Of a stretch of 64,000 nt of DNA, positions 50,831-60,768 are shown in pieces. The translations under genes and the position numbers were made by a program. The notes below the pieces were generated by a model that did no database searches, was not told the DNA's origin, and saw nothing but the letters and a program-made list of their open reading frames with translations. Source of the DNA: Escherichia phage WG01; sequence record NC_031928.1. One strand, written 5' to 3'. The first letter of the stretch is position 1, and every line of letters starts with the position of its first letter.

Positions 50831-51091
50831 TTATTTTTGAATTTTATCAAGCCATTTACCAAGTTTAATCATTTCTTTGGTAGCTTTTTCCATACTTCTA
50901 AATTTAACCAGTAAAGGTTGGGCATCAACACCCATAACTAAGGTGGTTACAAGACTATGTTCACCTACAAGCCATAATGAATAAGTTTGGATATCGAGCC
51001 CGTAATTTCGGTCTTTATGAACTCGTACACCCATCACTTCAAATTTCTCACTGGCTTTTTCTACTGCATCCAGGAAATCATCTTTAGTCAT
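50831..51091 (-). CDS. hypothetical protein (86 aa)
   Basis: ATG 51091 one nt after upstream stop (TAATATG). Confidence 0.45.
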   Translation of the reverse strand: MTKDDFLDAVEKASEKFEVMGVRVHKDRNYGLDIQTYSLWLVGEHSLVTTLVMGVDAQPLLVKFRSMEKATKEMIKLGKWLDKIQK

Positions 51092-51092
51092 A

Positions 51093-51482
51093 TTAGGCCT
51101 TAAAAGTTTTTTGCAAAAGTTCAATGATTTGGTCAACGTTCTGTTCGGTGACAATGCAATGGATTTGAGTCACACCGGCCTTAGCAATAGGCTCATCGAT
51201 TTCTTTATCTTCCACAACATATTCACAGAAGCAATAGAACTCATCTTCATGCAACTCAAAATAATTTGGCACCAACCCAAATGCATTATAAATCTCGCCA
51301 TTTGCACATTCGATTTCAGTCACAAATTTGTCGCCATCCATAGTCAACATATCCTTTACTTCAAACCAACCTCCGTTGTCTTGGATAAGGTCGACCATGC
51401 TTTTATTATTTTCATATTCGTCCATTTCAATAAAGTCTTTAATGCATTCAGGACGAAGTTCATAAGTTTTACCGATTTCCAT
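51093..51482 (-). CDS. hypothetical protein (129 aa)
   Basis: ATG 51482 with SD GAGGAAA and own promoter cassette. Confidence 0.5.
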   Translation of the reverse strand: MEIGKTYELRPECIKDFIEMDEYENNKSMVDLIQDNGGWFEVKDMLTMDGDKFVTEIECANGEIYNAFGLVPNYFELHEDEFYCFCEYVVEDKEIDEPIAKAGVTQIHCIVTEQNVDQIIELLQKTFKA

Positions 51483-51504
51483 TTTATTTCCTCATCTATT
51501 AGTT

Positions 51505-51545
51505 GATAGGTCTATAGTATCACGTTTAAAGGCGTTGTAAACCAT
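51505..51545 (-). promoter_or_regulatory. early promoter cassette (copy D)
   Basis: Nearly identical to copy C. Confidence 0.55.
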
Positions 51546-51594
51546 TAAATGCCAAAAAGGGAAGACCGAAGTCTTCCCATTATAAATCAATAAC

Positions 51595-52500
51595 TTATAG
51601 ACCAGCTAACAGGTCGTCCAGACCATCGTCATCAGAAGGACTTACTGACGGCTCAGGAGTAGTGGAACGAGTCGGTGTAGATGGTTTAGAATCATATGCA
51701 TCAAGGTCTGCACTGAATGCGTCCAGGTCATCACCAATCTTATCAGCGGCTGCAGAAGCTTTAGCGGCAGCACCACCAAGAGCAGCTGTACCAACAACTT
51801 TCTTAAACTTGGCTTCGTTAGTTTCGAATGATTTGAAATCGAGCAGTTTAGAAAGGTCGTGCATTTCTTCCATCAATTTAGCTTGGTAAGCTTCATCATT
51901 GATGTTAGGAATTTCAGACTGACCCATGAATTTGGAATCGTCATAGTTCTTGAAGTCGCCAACTTTCTTAGATTTCAGTACGAAGTTCGCACCATCAAAC
52001 GGACATGTTACGTCAACCGGCACTTCACCAATATCGGTATCAACTTCAACCATCTGGTTGATTTTATCCATAATTTTCTGACCGAAACGGAATTTAAACA
52101 CTTTACCTTCGTTAGCAGGCACTGCACTATCCTTAATAACAAGGATGTTAGCCCAGAAGGAAGTTTTACGTTTCATCAGTTTGTATTCGGCATTATTAGT
52201 ATTAAAGGTATCATTCTGGTTCATGTATTTACATACAGGACATGAATCGAAATCACCGTGTGTAGACGTACAGTTTTCAATGTACCATTGACCATTTTTC
52301 TTAAAGCCGTGGTTAACGAGCTTAATGAATGGAGATGGATTTTCTTCGTTTTTCGAAGGTAGGAAACGAATTACCGCAGTACCAACGCCATTGTCATCTT
52401 TCAATTTCCATTCAGCTTTATCATCGGAAGAGAAAGAAGAACCACCTTTCATTGCAGACAGTTGAGCAGCCAGTTGGGAAGGGTCTTTACGTTTAAACAT
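51595..52500 (-). CDS. 32: single-stranded DNA-binding protein
   Basis: 301 aa (same as T4 gp32); MFKRK...RFLPSK...[13 protein letters not shown] matches recollection; acidic C-terminus. Confidence 0.95.
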   Translation of the reverse strand: MFKRKDPSQLAAQLSAMKGGSSFSSDDKAEWKLKDDNGVGTAVIRFLPSKNEENPSPFIKLVNHGFKKNGQWYIENCTSTHGDFDSCPVCKYMNQNDTFNTNNAEYKLMKRKTSFWANILVIKDSAVPANEGKVFKFRFGQKIMDKINQMVEVDTDIGEVPVDVTCPFDGANFVLKSKKVGDFKNYDDSKFMGQSEIPNINDEAYQAKLMEEMHDLSKLLDFKSFETNEAKFKKVVGTAALGGAAAKASAAADKIGDDLDAFSADLDAYDSKPSTPTRSTTPEPSVSPSDDDGLDDLLAGL

Positions 52501-52589
52501 ATTATTTACCTTAGCAGATTTAGCAGTTATATTTTATTAACAGTTTTTAACAGATTGAGTTAGTATATTAACACAGTTGGTTTGAAGCA

Positions 52590-53243
52590 TTAAAACTTAC
52601 AAGATTTGATAGTTTCAATGAACAATTTACGAGCTTCTAAATTATCGATTATAAGAATTTTCTTATAAGCATTTAATTTAGTCGAATACTTAGACCACAC
52701 TAAATCGTTGGTCTGTTCATCATGTTTATCAATTATATCCATAAATGAATCAAGCAAAATAAACGTTTCGAATGAAATAACATTCGATTGAAGGAGCTTA
52801 AAAATATAGCTCGAGTTAACTTTTTTATTATAATCAAAAATTTCAGAAAGCGCTTTAACTTCCACTTTCTTACTGAAATAATAGATGTTTTTGATATCGT
52901 CCTCAAAAACTTGTTTTATTCTTTTAAGTCTACCGATATATTCTCGGTAAAAGACTAAGGCGTCGGCATCACTGATGTCGCCAATCCATGCGTCTTGGTT
53001 AGCCACCAAGTTACTCATGAAAATAAGAGCAAGCTCTTTCAAAGTGTATTTATCACTCAATTTCTCAAAGAAATATTTGTCACGACGTTTTTGATAAGCC
53101 GTATCAGAGATTCGCATGACCCAGTTATATTTTATAACGTCGTATTTGGCATTGAAGTGATGTTTGAGCATTAAGTATAGTGAATATACGCTCTTACCAT
53201 TCACCATACGGTTATTGTTTGGTGGCATGCGAATCTTAATCAT
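52590..53243 (-). CDS. 59: helicase loader (gp59)
   Basis: 217 aa, same length as T4 gp59; strong recalled similarity. Confidence 0.9.
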   Translation of the reverse strand: MIKIRMPPNNNRMVNGKSVYSLYLMLKHHFNAKYDVIKYNWVMRISDTAYQKRRDKYFFEKLSDKYTLKELALIFMSNLVANQDAWIGDISDADALVFYREYIGRLKRIKQVFEDDIKNIYYFSKKVEVKALSEIFDYNKKVNSSYIFKLLQSNVISFETFILLDSFMDIIDKHDEQTNDLVWSKYSTKLNAYKKILIIDNLEARKLFIETIKSCKF

Positions 53244-53542
53244 AACAAGAAATCCAGAGTATTAGTTTTTTGCGTTCGAGCCATTGAAGGTCGAAGCAAG
53301 TTATCATCAATGGCTTCGTTCATAATTTTATCAATAATTCCTGCAGGCAAATAACGAGCAAAGTTACCTTCAGGGATGCTATTCTCTTCCAACCATGCGG
53401 TAGCCGCTTCGAGGTAACTACAACCTTCAGCTTCAACAAAGGCCTCAATATCAAGGCCATTCTGTTGTTTGTTTACTAATACATGGACAGGTTCGGAAGC
53501 GGTATTAACCGCTCCATCAAAATCATTCAAAGATTGTGTCAT
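53240..53542 (-). CDS. 33: late promoter transcription accessory protein
   Basis: 100 aa; position between 59 and dsbA as T4 gene 33. Confidence 0.7.
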   Translation of the reverse strand: MTQSLNDFDGAVNTASEPVHVLVNKQQNGLDIEAFVEAEGCSYLEAATAWLEENSIPEGNFARYLPAGIIDKIMNEAIDDNLLRPSMARTQKTNTLDFLL

Positions 53543-53792
53543 ACAGTTCTACCACTTCAGTTTTTTCGTCTTCGAAACGTTCACGAGTGCCTTTATGGTA
53601 CAGGGAGAACAGTTGGTTAAACATTTTACCGTCTACACCAAGTTCAGTCTTAGCACGGTCTTTGATATCTTTAATTTCGTCACCGTAAGCTTCCATTTTT
53701 AATTTAGTATCAGAAGCCGACTTAATCAGTTGTGCCAATGTGTTACCATGTTCTTCTTGATTGAATTCAACTTTCACTTTTTCTTTAGCCAT
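53523..53792 (-). CDS. dsbA: double-stranded DNA-binding protein
   Basis: ORF-track start 53801 is GTG; ATG 53792 gives 89 aa MAKEKVKVEF... with SD AAGGTGA. Confidence 0.8.
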   Translation of the reverse strand: MAKEKVKVEFNQEEHGNTLAQLIKSASDTKLKMEAYGDEIKDIKDRAKTELGVDGKMFNQLFSLYHKGTRERFEDEKTEVVELYDTIFE

Positions 53793-53802
53793 TATATTCA
53801 CC

Positions 53803-54750
53803 TTAATAAAAATCAGCTACTGTAGCAGTTAGTTTAGACAAACCAGATTTAACGAAATAAGGATAAACTTTAGATTTCGAAGGTTTGTTATACGTATTAT
53901 ATCTTTCAGTAATTAAAGCAACAATATCATCTGGAATAAAGTCCATATCAATTAAGATTTGGTTTTCACAGAAACGTTCATATTGTTCTTCAGTAAGAAG
54001 TGTTTTAATTATATCATGGTCGTAATAATTCAGAGCAATTGCTTCAAGTTCCTTGGCACGAGTGCTAGGAGTACGTTCGCCTTCAACCATCGTCAACCAG
54101 TAATCACCACGAACTTTAATACTCGCGACGTTATCTTTACGGTCACCTTTAACAACCTTAGTCACGCAATCAAGCAATGAATCGCCAGATTTTGTTTTGA
54201 CGAATTTTTTCTGCATTGGAGACCATTGTTTTACCCCAGGGAATTTATGGAGCTGGGTAAAGTCACCATCCGAAGAACCGATCATAACAGGATGGCCTAA
54301 AGCCGTGAGGATTCGGGTTAAAACAGCAATATGGTCATCAGCTTCGATTGTATCGATATTCATAACAATATAAGGCATGTTTTGTTCCAGTTCATCAACA
54401 ATAATATGCATTGCTGTGAATAAACCTTCCCAATCAAATGGTGATTCGTCACGTGCCTTAGCACGGTTTTTCTTATAATAAGGTGAATAGCGACGACGCC
54501 AATAACCTGATTTAGAGTTATCAACACAAATAACCAGTTGGTTGTACCCCTGTTTTTTAAAGTCTTTAATATTTTTCTTAATTGAATTCAACACGAGGTG
54601 TCGAAGCATTGCTGTAGTTACTTTAGGAAATCCAGCATTCTCACCAAACTCTTGGAAAGCTGCAGCCATAATGATTTGGCTGAAATCTAGGAGTAAAAAT
54701 CCATCTTTTTGTTGGTCTTCTTCAGGAAGTAAAAAATCTAAATCGTTCAT
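53803..54750 (-). CDS. rnh: RNase H (5'-3' exonuclease, FEN-1 family)
   Basis: Internal ATG 54750 with SD GAGG (315 aa); collinear with recalled T4 RNase H. Confidence 0.85.
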   Translation of the reverse strand: MNDLDFLLPEEDQQKDGFLLLDFSQIIMAAAFQEFGENAGFPKVTTAMLRHLVLNSIKKNIKDFKKQGYNQLVICVDNSKSGYWRRRYSPYYKKNRAKARDESPFDWEGLFTAMHIIVDELEQNMPYIVMNIDTIEADDHIAVLTRILTALGHPVMIGSSDGDFTQLHKFPGVKQWSPMQKKFVKTKSGDSLLDCVTKVVKGDRKDNVASIKVRGDYWLTMVEGERTPSTRAKELEAIALNYYDHDIIKTLLTEEQYERFCENQILIDMDFIPDDIVALITERYNTYNKPSKSKVYPYFVKSGLSKLTATVADFY

Positions 54751-54817
54751 ATGAACCTCTGTCCAATTAGTGTAGAGGTTCATTATATCACGACCCTAGA
54801 AGAAGTAAACACTTTGC

Positions 54818-54825
54818 TATAAATA
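54818..54825 (+). promoter_or_regulatory. late promoter TATAAATA upstream of gene 34
   Basis: Exact consensus about 30 nt before the ATG. Confidence 0.6.
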
Positions 54826-54857
54826 GTTCTATACCCTGAAAACGAAAAGGAAATAAA

Positions 54858-57800
54858 ATGGCCGATATTTTAAAACCTGCCTTCCGTGCTACATCCGGAC
54901 TCGATGCTGCAGGCGAGAAAGTTATCAATGTTGCCAAAGCCGATTACAATGTATTAGACGACGGCGTCAACGTTGAATTCTTTATAGATGAGAACACCAT
55001 CCAGGCGTACGACGAGACGCGCGGATATAAGAAAGGGTTTGCCGTAATCCATGACCAACGTATCTGGGTTGCTCAACGTGATATCGATGCTCCAGCAGGA
55101 ACCTTTGTACCGGGTTATTGGACTGCAACTCGTACTGACCCTAAATGGATTACCGTAGCATCTCCTACACGCCAGCTGGCTTCCGGTGAATATATTGCTG
55201 TGGATTCTGCTGCTAGCTTTACTACATTTACCCTGCCTCCGAACCCTACTGATGGTGATACCATCGTAATCAAGGATATTGGTGGCCGTGTAGGTTATAA
55301 TGAAATTAAGCTCCAGTCTAGTTCTGCTCCAGGTGGTGGTAATCAGAAAATTGTCCGTTTCGGTAACCAGTTCACTGAGACCTTAATTACGAAGCCTTTT
55401 TCCTATAATATGATTATCTTTGCCAACCGTTTATGGCATTTCTGGGAAGCAGCTAATGAAGAACGTGGTATTCGTGTAGAACCGAACACCGCCCAGTTCC
55501 AATCACAAGCGGGTGATAACGTTTTACGTCGTTATACTTCAGGTGCAGTAATTAAGTTTACTCTTCCTAAGTATGCGAACCAAGGTGATATTATTAAAAC
55601 CGTTGATATCGATGGTTTAGGAAGTAAATTCCACTTAATCGTTGAAACATTTGATGCGTCATCTTCATTAGGTAAGCCCGGCCAGCATAGCATGGAATTC
55701 CGTACTTCAGGTGATGGATTCTTTGTTTATAACTCTACCGAAAAATTATGGTATGTTTGGGACGGCGACCGACAAACTCGTTTACGTGTAATTCGTGACG
55801 ATGTTGAACTCTTGGCTAACGAAAGTGTTATTGTTTTTGGTCCTAATAACACGACACCCCAGACAATTAATATCACATTACCTACCGGTGTGGCCCAGGG
55901 TGATGTCGTTAAGATTGCTCTGAACTATCTCCGTAAAGCTCAGACGGTAAATATTAAGGCTGCCGTAGGAGATAAGATTGCTTCATCCGTCCAGTTGCTT
56001 CAATTCCCTAAACGTTCAGAATATCCGCCAGAAACCGAATGGGTATTGAATGACGTACTGACCTTTAATGGCAATATAAGTTATACTCCGGTTATTGAAC
56101 TGAGTTATATCGAAGACACCACTACAGGTGGCAAATATTGGGTTGTTGCCCAGAACGTTCCTACTATAGAACGTGTGGATTCTAAAGATGATTTAACTCG
56201 TGCTCGTTTAGGTGTTATTGCCCTTGCGTCCCAGACTCAAGCAAACGTCGACCATGAAAATAATCCTGAAAAAGAACTGGCAATTACTCCGCAGACTTTA
56301 GCTAATCGTGTAGCGACTGAATCTCGTCGTGGTATTGCTCGTATTGCTACTACTGCTCAAGTGAACCAGGACACAACCTTCGCATTCCAGGACGATTTGA
56401 TTATTTCTCCTAAGAAATTAAACGAACGTACTGCAACCGAAACACGTCGTGGTGTTGCTGAAATTGCTACGCAAGTTGAAACCAATGCTGGTACAGATGA
56501 TACTACAATCATCACTCCTAAGAAGCTACAAGCACGCCAGGGTTCGGAAAGTCTTTCAGGTATTGTAACATATACCTCTACTGTAGGAACCACTCCTGCG
56601 ACTGCTAGGGACACCGTAGGTACTAACGTTTATAATAAGAACGTAGGCAATTTGGTTATTTCTCCTAAAGCTCTTGACCAGTATAAAGCTACCCAAGTTC
56701 AACAGGGTACGGTATATCTTTCTAACCAATCTGAAGTTAACGCAGGTCAAACTGCAAGTGGATTTGCCAACAGTGCTGTTTCTCCTGAAACATTACATGC
56801 TCGTGTGGCTCTTGATACTCGTACAGGGTTAATTGAAATTGCTACGCAACAGGAAACTGATACTGGAACAGATTATACTCGTGCAGTAACGCCTAAAACG
56901 TTAAATGATAGGAAAGCTACGGAAGGATTGACTGGTATTGCTAGAATTGCAACACAGGTAGAATTTGATGCTGGTACGTTAGATAATGTTATTTCAACTC
57001 CGTTGAAAGTTAAAACAAGATTTAATGATACTGCTAGAACTTCTGTCTCAGCAGCCAGTGGTTTGGTTGAATCAGGAACCTTATGGAACCATTATACACT
57101 AGATATTAGAGAAGCAAATGAGACTCAACGTGGTACTGCTCGCCTGGCAACCCAGACCGAAGTCAACGTTGGTACCGATGATAAAACTATCATCACTCCT
57201 TTGAAATTGCATTCTAAAAAATCTACTGAAAGTTCTGAAGGTATTATTCGTGTTGCAACGAATACCGAAACAACTGCAGGAACTTCTAAAGTTCTGGCTG
57301 TAAGCCCTTCTGGTTTAAAATATGTAGTACAAACCGAAACCACTTGGGAAGCTACTGCACTTCGTCGTGGATTTGTTAAACTAACCGAAGGTGCTTTAAC
57401 CCATTCAGGAAATAAAGTTACTGGTTCTGGTGTTAAATTTAACTCAGGTACAGGCCTTTACGAGAACGATGATACTGTTCTGAATGCAGCGAACTATCCT
57501 AAAACAGGTTATGCTGTTTCATCTTACGAGATGAATAAAACTTTACAGAACTTTTTACCTATAAATGCTACGGCTGTGAACTCCGAGAAATTGGATGGCC
57601 TAGATTCACTTCAGTTCATTCGTAGAGACGTTGACCAAACGGTTAATGGTTCTTTAACGTTGACAAAACAATTGAACCTGGCAGCTCCTCTAGTGTCTTC
57701 TAGTACTGCTAATATTACCGGCAATACTATTTTAGGTTCTCTGGAAGTAACCGGAAATTCTACTTTTAAAAATGATGTATCTGTTAGCTCAGGTAAATCT

Positions 57801-58907
57801 ATTAAATTTGTAGGCCCTCAGTCAGGCGCTGGTACTTGGAACTCTCAAGGTGATACTTTAGCTCCGATTTTTGCCGAGATAAATTCGACCCCAGATGCCA
57901 AGTTCCATCCTATTGTTAAACAACGTTTAGGGCAAGGTACGTTCTCTTTAGGCACTGTAAATGATGGAACTCGTGATTTTAAAATACATTATCTTCCATC
58001 GCCGGGTTCTTTAGAATCTTTCTACTGGACCTTTAATACGACTGGTGACTTTGCTGTTAATAGTGGTTCCATTAGTATTTCTAAGAATGCTAATATCACA
58101 GGTATAACCACTTCTAACGGTGTTTCTACAACTACATTAAATGCTTCTGCTCTGTCTTCATTACAAAACGTAACTACTTCAGGTACTATCGTTTCCACCG
58201 GACAGGTATCGGCAAATAATGGTTTGGTTGCTCAAAAATACGTCCGCTCTGTTGGTGTTAAACCTACATTAGCATCGCAGGCCCCTACTGCAGAAACAGT
58301 TGGCTTCTGGTCTGTCGATATCAATGATTCGGCTACATTTAACCTATTCCCAGGTTATTGGACGATGAAAACTAAACGTCAGGTTAATATTGATACGGTC
58401 CAAACTAAACCTGCCGGTGTTTCTGATGAGATATGGAATGCTTCTGGTTGGTTGACAGAAACGGGTGCATTTAGTTCTCCGGCTATTCGTTATCGTAACG
58501 AAGACGGTAGTTTTGGTGACGAAGTTCTCAGTACGACGGGTCAGAAATTACGTGGTACTTGGTTTGATTATTCTGTTCGTGATAAGGAAGTTAAATATCC
58601 TGGTACGTTAACTCAGTTTGGTAATACATTGGATTCATGTTATCAGGATTGGGTGTGCTATCCTACAGGACCGAATGGTGGTACTATTCGTTATACACGT
58701 ACCTGGCAGAAAAATAAAAACGCATGGACTACGTTCTCTATGGTCTATACGGCAGATAACCCTCCTTCTGCGGAAGAGGTTGGTGCATTGCCTGCTGATA
58801 ACGCTACAATGGGTAACATTACAATCCTTGATTGGTTACGTATTGGTAACGTTCGTATTATTCCTGACCCGGTCACTAAATCCGTTAAGTTTGAGTGGAT
58901 TGAATAA
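54858..58907 (+). CDS. 34: long tail fibre proximal subunit
   Basis: 1349 aa; late promoter TATAAATA at 54818; internal repeats typical of gp34. Confidence 0.9.
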   Translation: MADILKPAFRATSGLDAAGEKVINVAKADYNVLDDGVNVEFFIDENTIQAYDETRGYKKGFAVIHDQRIWVAQRDIDAPAGTFVPGYWTATRTDPKWITVASPTRQLASGEYIAVDSAASFTTFTLPPNPTDGDTIVIKDIGGRVGYNEIKLQSSSAPGGGNQKIVRFGNQFTETLITKPFSYNMIIFANRLWHFWEAANEERGIRVEPNTAQFQSQAGDNVLRRYTSGAVIKFTLPKYANQGDIIKTVDIDGLGSKFHLIVETFDASSSLGKPGQHSMEFRTSGDGFFVYNSTEKLWYVWDGDRQTRLRVIRDDVELLANESVIVFGPNNTTPQTINITLPTGVAQGDVVKIALNYLRKAQTVNIKAAVGDKIASSVQLLQFPKRSEYPPETEWVLNDVLTFNGNISYTPVIELSYIEDTTTGGKYWVVAQNVPTIERVDSKDDLTRARLGVIALASQTQANVDHENNPEKELAITPQTLANRVATESRRGIARIATTAQVNQDTTFAFQDDLIISPKKLNERTATETRRGVAEIATQVETNAGTDDTTIITPKKLQARQGSESLSGIVTYTSTVGTTPATARDTVGTNVYNKNVGNLVISPKALDQYKATQVQQGTVYLSNQSEVNAGQTASGFANSAVSPETLHARVALDTRTGLIEIATQQETDTGTDYTRAVTPKTLNDRKATEGLTGIARIATQVEFDAGTLDNVISTPLKVKTRFNDTARTSVSAASGLVESGTLWNHYTLDIREANETQRGTARLATQTEVNVGTDDKTIITPLKLHSKKSTESSEGIIRVATNTETTAGTSKVLAVSPSGLKYVVQTETTWEATALRRGFVKLTEGALTHSGNKVTGSGVKFNSGTGLYENDDTVLNAANYPKTGYAVSSYEMNKTLQNFLPINATAVNSEKLDGLDSLQFIRRDVDQTVNGSLTLTKQLNLAAPLVSSSTANITGNTILGSLEVTGNSTFKNDVSVSSGKSIKFVGPQSGAGTWNSQGDTLAPIFAEINSTPDAKFHPIVKQRLGQGTFSLGTVNDGTRDFKIHYLPSPGSLESFYWTFNTTGDFAVNSGSISISKNANITGITTSNGVSTTTLNASALSSLQNVTTSGTIVSTGQVSANNGLVAQKYVRSVGVKPTLASQAPTAETVGFWSVDINDSATFNLFPGYWTMKTKRQVNIDTVQTKPAGVSDEIWNASGWLTETGAFSSPAIRYRNEDGSFGDEVLSTTGQKLRGTWFDYSVRDKEVKYPGTLTQFGNTLDSCYQDWVCYPTGPNGGTIRYTRTWQKNKNAWTTFSMVYTADNPPSAEEVGALPADNATMGNITILDWLRIGNVRIIPDPVTKSVKFEWIE
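56310..57390 (+). repeat. 34: in-frame tandem peptide repeats inside gene 34
   Basis: Recurrent unit of about 30 aa (R-G-x-A-x-[IL]-AT-Q-x-E-x-x-x-G-T-D-x-x-x-[IA]-[IV]-T-P-x-x-L), at least 5 copies. Confidence 0.6.
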
Positions 58908-58915
58908 GAGGTATT

Positions 58916-60037
58916 ATGGAAAGATTTATGGCAGAATTTGGACAAGGATATGTCCAGGTTCCTACATTATCTGAAAACAATGCTGTAAGGTATAAACTTA
59001 GTATAGCGGGTAGTTGTACTAAGTCTACCACAAAAGCATATGTTAAATTTCAAGATGGGAACTTCGGTTCCCAGAATTTTCAAAATGGATTAAACCTTAT
59101 AGAAATTGATGTTAGTGCTGAACCTAAAATAGTGGCTAACAAAACTTATAGTTTTACAAAAGATTTTGATGTTATTTCTGAAGCTTTTATAACGTATATA
59201 AATTCTATACCGGCCAATAGAATAGTTTGTTTAGTATCTTCTGGTAGATTAAATGCTTCACAAAAACTTATCGATTGGTTCCGTGCAGCAGGAAGTACCG
59301 CATTCCCGTCTAAATGGTTGATAGACCGGTTTGAGCCGTCTTATTCTGCATTTTATGTTTCAGGAAGGAATGCTATAGTAATGGAACATGTGCTTTATAA
59401 TGATGGGGTATTGGTCGAAGATGTTTCTACTCCATTAGAAGTGGTATTTGATGATATCAGTGATGTCGGTGGTACAGGATATCCTGTCAGAATTGTTGAA
59501 GACGAAAGCACTTATCTAAGCAATGATGGAGATGAAATTAAGCGATTTCCTACCGAATCTCCTACCACCCCATTAACAGATTATAACATGAAGCCAGGTG
59601 AATTCTTTTACCTTAAGTTTCAATTAATGCGCGACCAAGCTTTAAAAGACGTAGGGACTTCTCAGATGTCTGTTAGATTTTTTAATGCCTCAGGTGCTTT
59701 AACTGGGACAGTTAATATGGACGTTCCTTCCAACGTTCCTGCTGGCGCATGGATGACATTTGAACGGGTAGTAATGGTTCCTGAAGGTACTACAGACTTT
59801 ACTCTTTATGCCAGAAAAACAGCTTCGGCTGGCCAAGGCGGAGTTCGAAATGTTATGTTCGGTGAGATATCTGAATCAGAACCTCAGCCAAAACCTGCTG
59901 AATTTGGTGTTAACGGTATTCGTATGAACTTTGGTACGGAAACTAAAAATATGGGTACTACCATAGCCCAGCTATATGATAAAACAGGCACTAAACCTGG
60001 TCAGGTTTGGGTCGCTGAATTTAGAGAAAAATATTAA
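58916..60037 (+). CDS. 35: long tail fibre hinge connector
   Basis: 373 aa (T4 gp35 372 aa); terminator hairpin follows. Confidence 0.85.
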   Translation: MERFMAEFGQGYVQVPTLSENNAVRYKLSIAGSCTKSTTKAYVKFQDGNFGSQNFQNGLNLIEIDVSAEPKIVANKTYSFTKDFDVISEAFITYINSIPANRIVCLVSSGRLNASQKLIDWFRAAGSTAFPSKWLIDRFEPSYSAFYVSGRNAIVMEHVLYNDGVLVEDVSTPLEVVFDDISDVGGTGYPVRIVEDESTYLSNDGDEIKRFPTESPTTPLTDYNMKPGEFFYLKFQLMRDQALKDVGTSQMSVRFFNASGALTGTVNMDVPSNVPAGAWMTFERVVMVPEGTTDFTLYARKTASAGQGGVRNVMFGEISESEPQPKPAEFGVNGIRMNFGTETKNMGTTIAQLYDKTGTKPGQVWVAEFREKY

Positions 60038-60060
60038 GGAACCTTCGGGTTCCTTTTTCG
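60038..60060 (+). terminator. rho-independent terminator after gene 35
   Basis: GGAACC-TTCG-GGTTCC followed by TTTTTCGTTTT. Confidence 0.7.
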
Positions 60061-60112
60061 TTTTCTACGGCCATAAATATATAAAAGGCTATAACTCCCA
60101 AAGGAAACTCAA

Positions 60113-60760
60113 ATGGCAGATTTAAAATTAGGTTCTACAGCAGGAGGTTCAGTATTATGGCACCAAGGTAATTTTCCCTTAACGCCTGTATCAAATGACC
60201 TTCTTTACAAAACATATAAAGTTTATACCGAATATAATAAACCGCAAGCCACTGATAACGACTTTGTTTCAAAAGCAAATGGTGGTAATTATAAGAATAA
60301 CGTGTATTTTGAAAAAGGGCTGACCTTTAATGATACTAATGGATACGGTATTAAATTAGGAACAAGAACTGGTGGAGCACCGTTCACGGCTTCTTTCCGT
60401 ATTAAAGGCGCTTTTGGATATGAAACGGAAGATGGTACTCCGTTCATGATATTCAACCCAAGTACAGTAGTAGGTGCTAAACGCCTCACAGTAATGGGTG
60501 ATTCATTATTCAGACAAGTATATGACGAATCAGGTCGTGTATTCAGTCCAGGCAACACCCCTACTAAAGCTCAAGTAGGATTATCGTTAGTAGATAACGC
60601 AAAACAGGTCCAAATAAATAATACTAACATGCAAACAATGACCGGGGTACTTGCTGCTCCTAACTTTATTTCGCTGAATCCGGCCTCTGACGCAGGACAC
60701 GTTCCTCGTTTTGACCAGATTGTTATTAAAGATTCTATTCAAGATTTTGGTTATTATTAA
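60113..60760 (+). CDS. 36: long tail fibre distal subunit, small
   Basis: 215 aa, position and size as T4 gp36. Confidence 0.85.
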   Translation: MADLKLGSTAGGSVLWHQGNFPLTPVSNDLLYKTYKVYTEYNKPQATDNDFVSKANGGNYKNNVYFEKGLTFNDTNGYGIKLGTRTGGAPFTASFRIKGAFGYETEDGTPFMIFNPSTVVGAKRLTVMGDSLFRQVYDESGRVFSPGNTPTKAQVGLSLVDNAKQVQINNTNMQTMTGVLAAPNFISLNPASDAGHVPRFDQIVIKDSIQDFGYY

Positions 60761-60768
60761 GAGGCATT

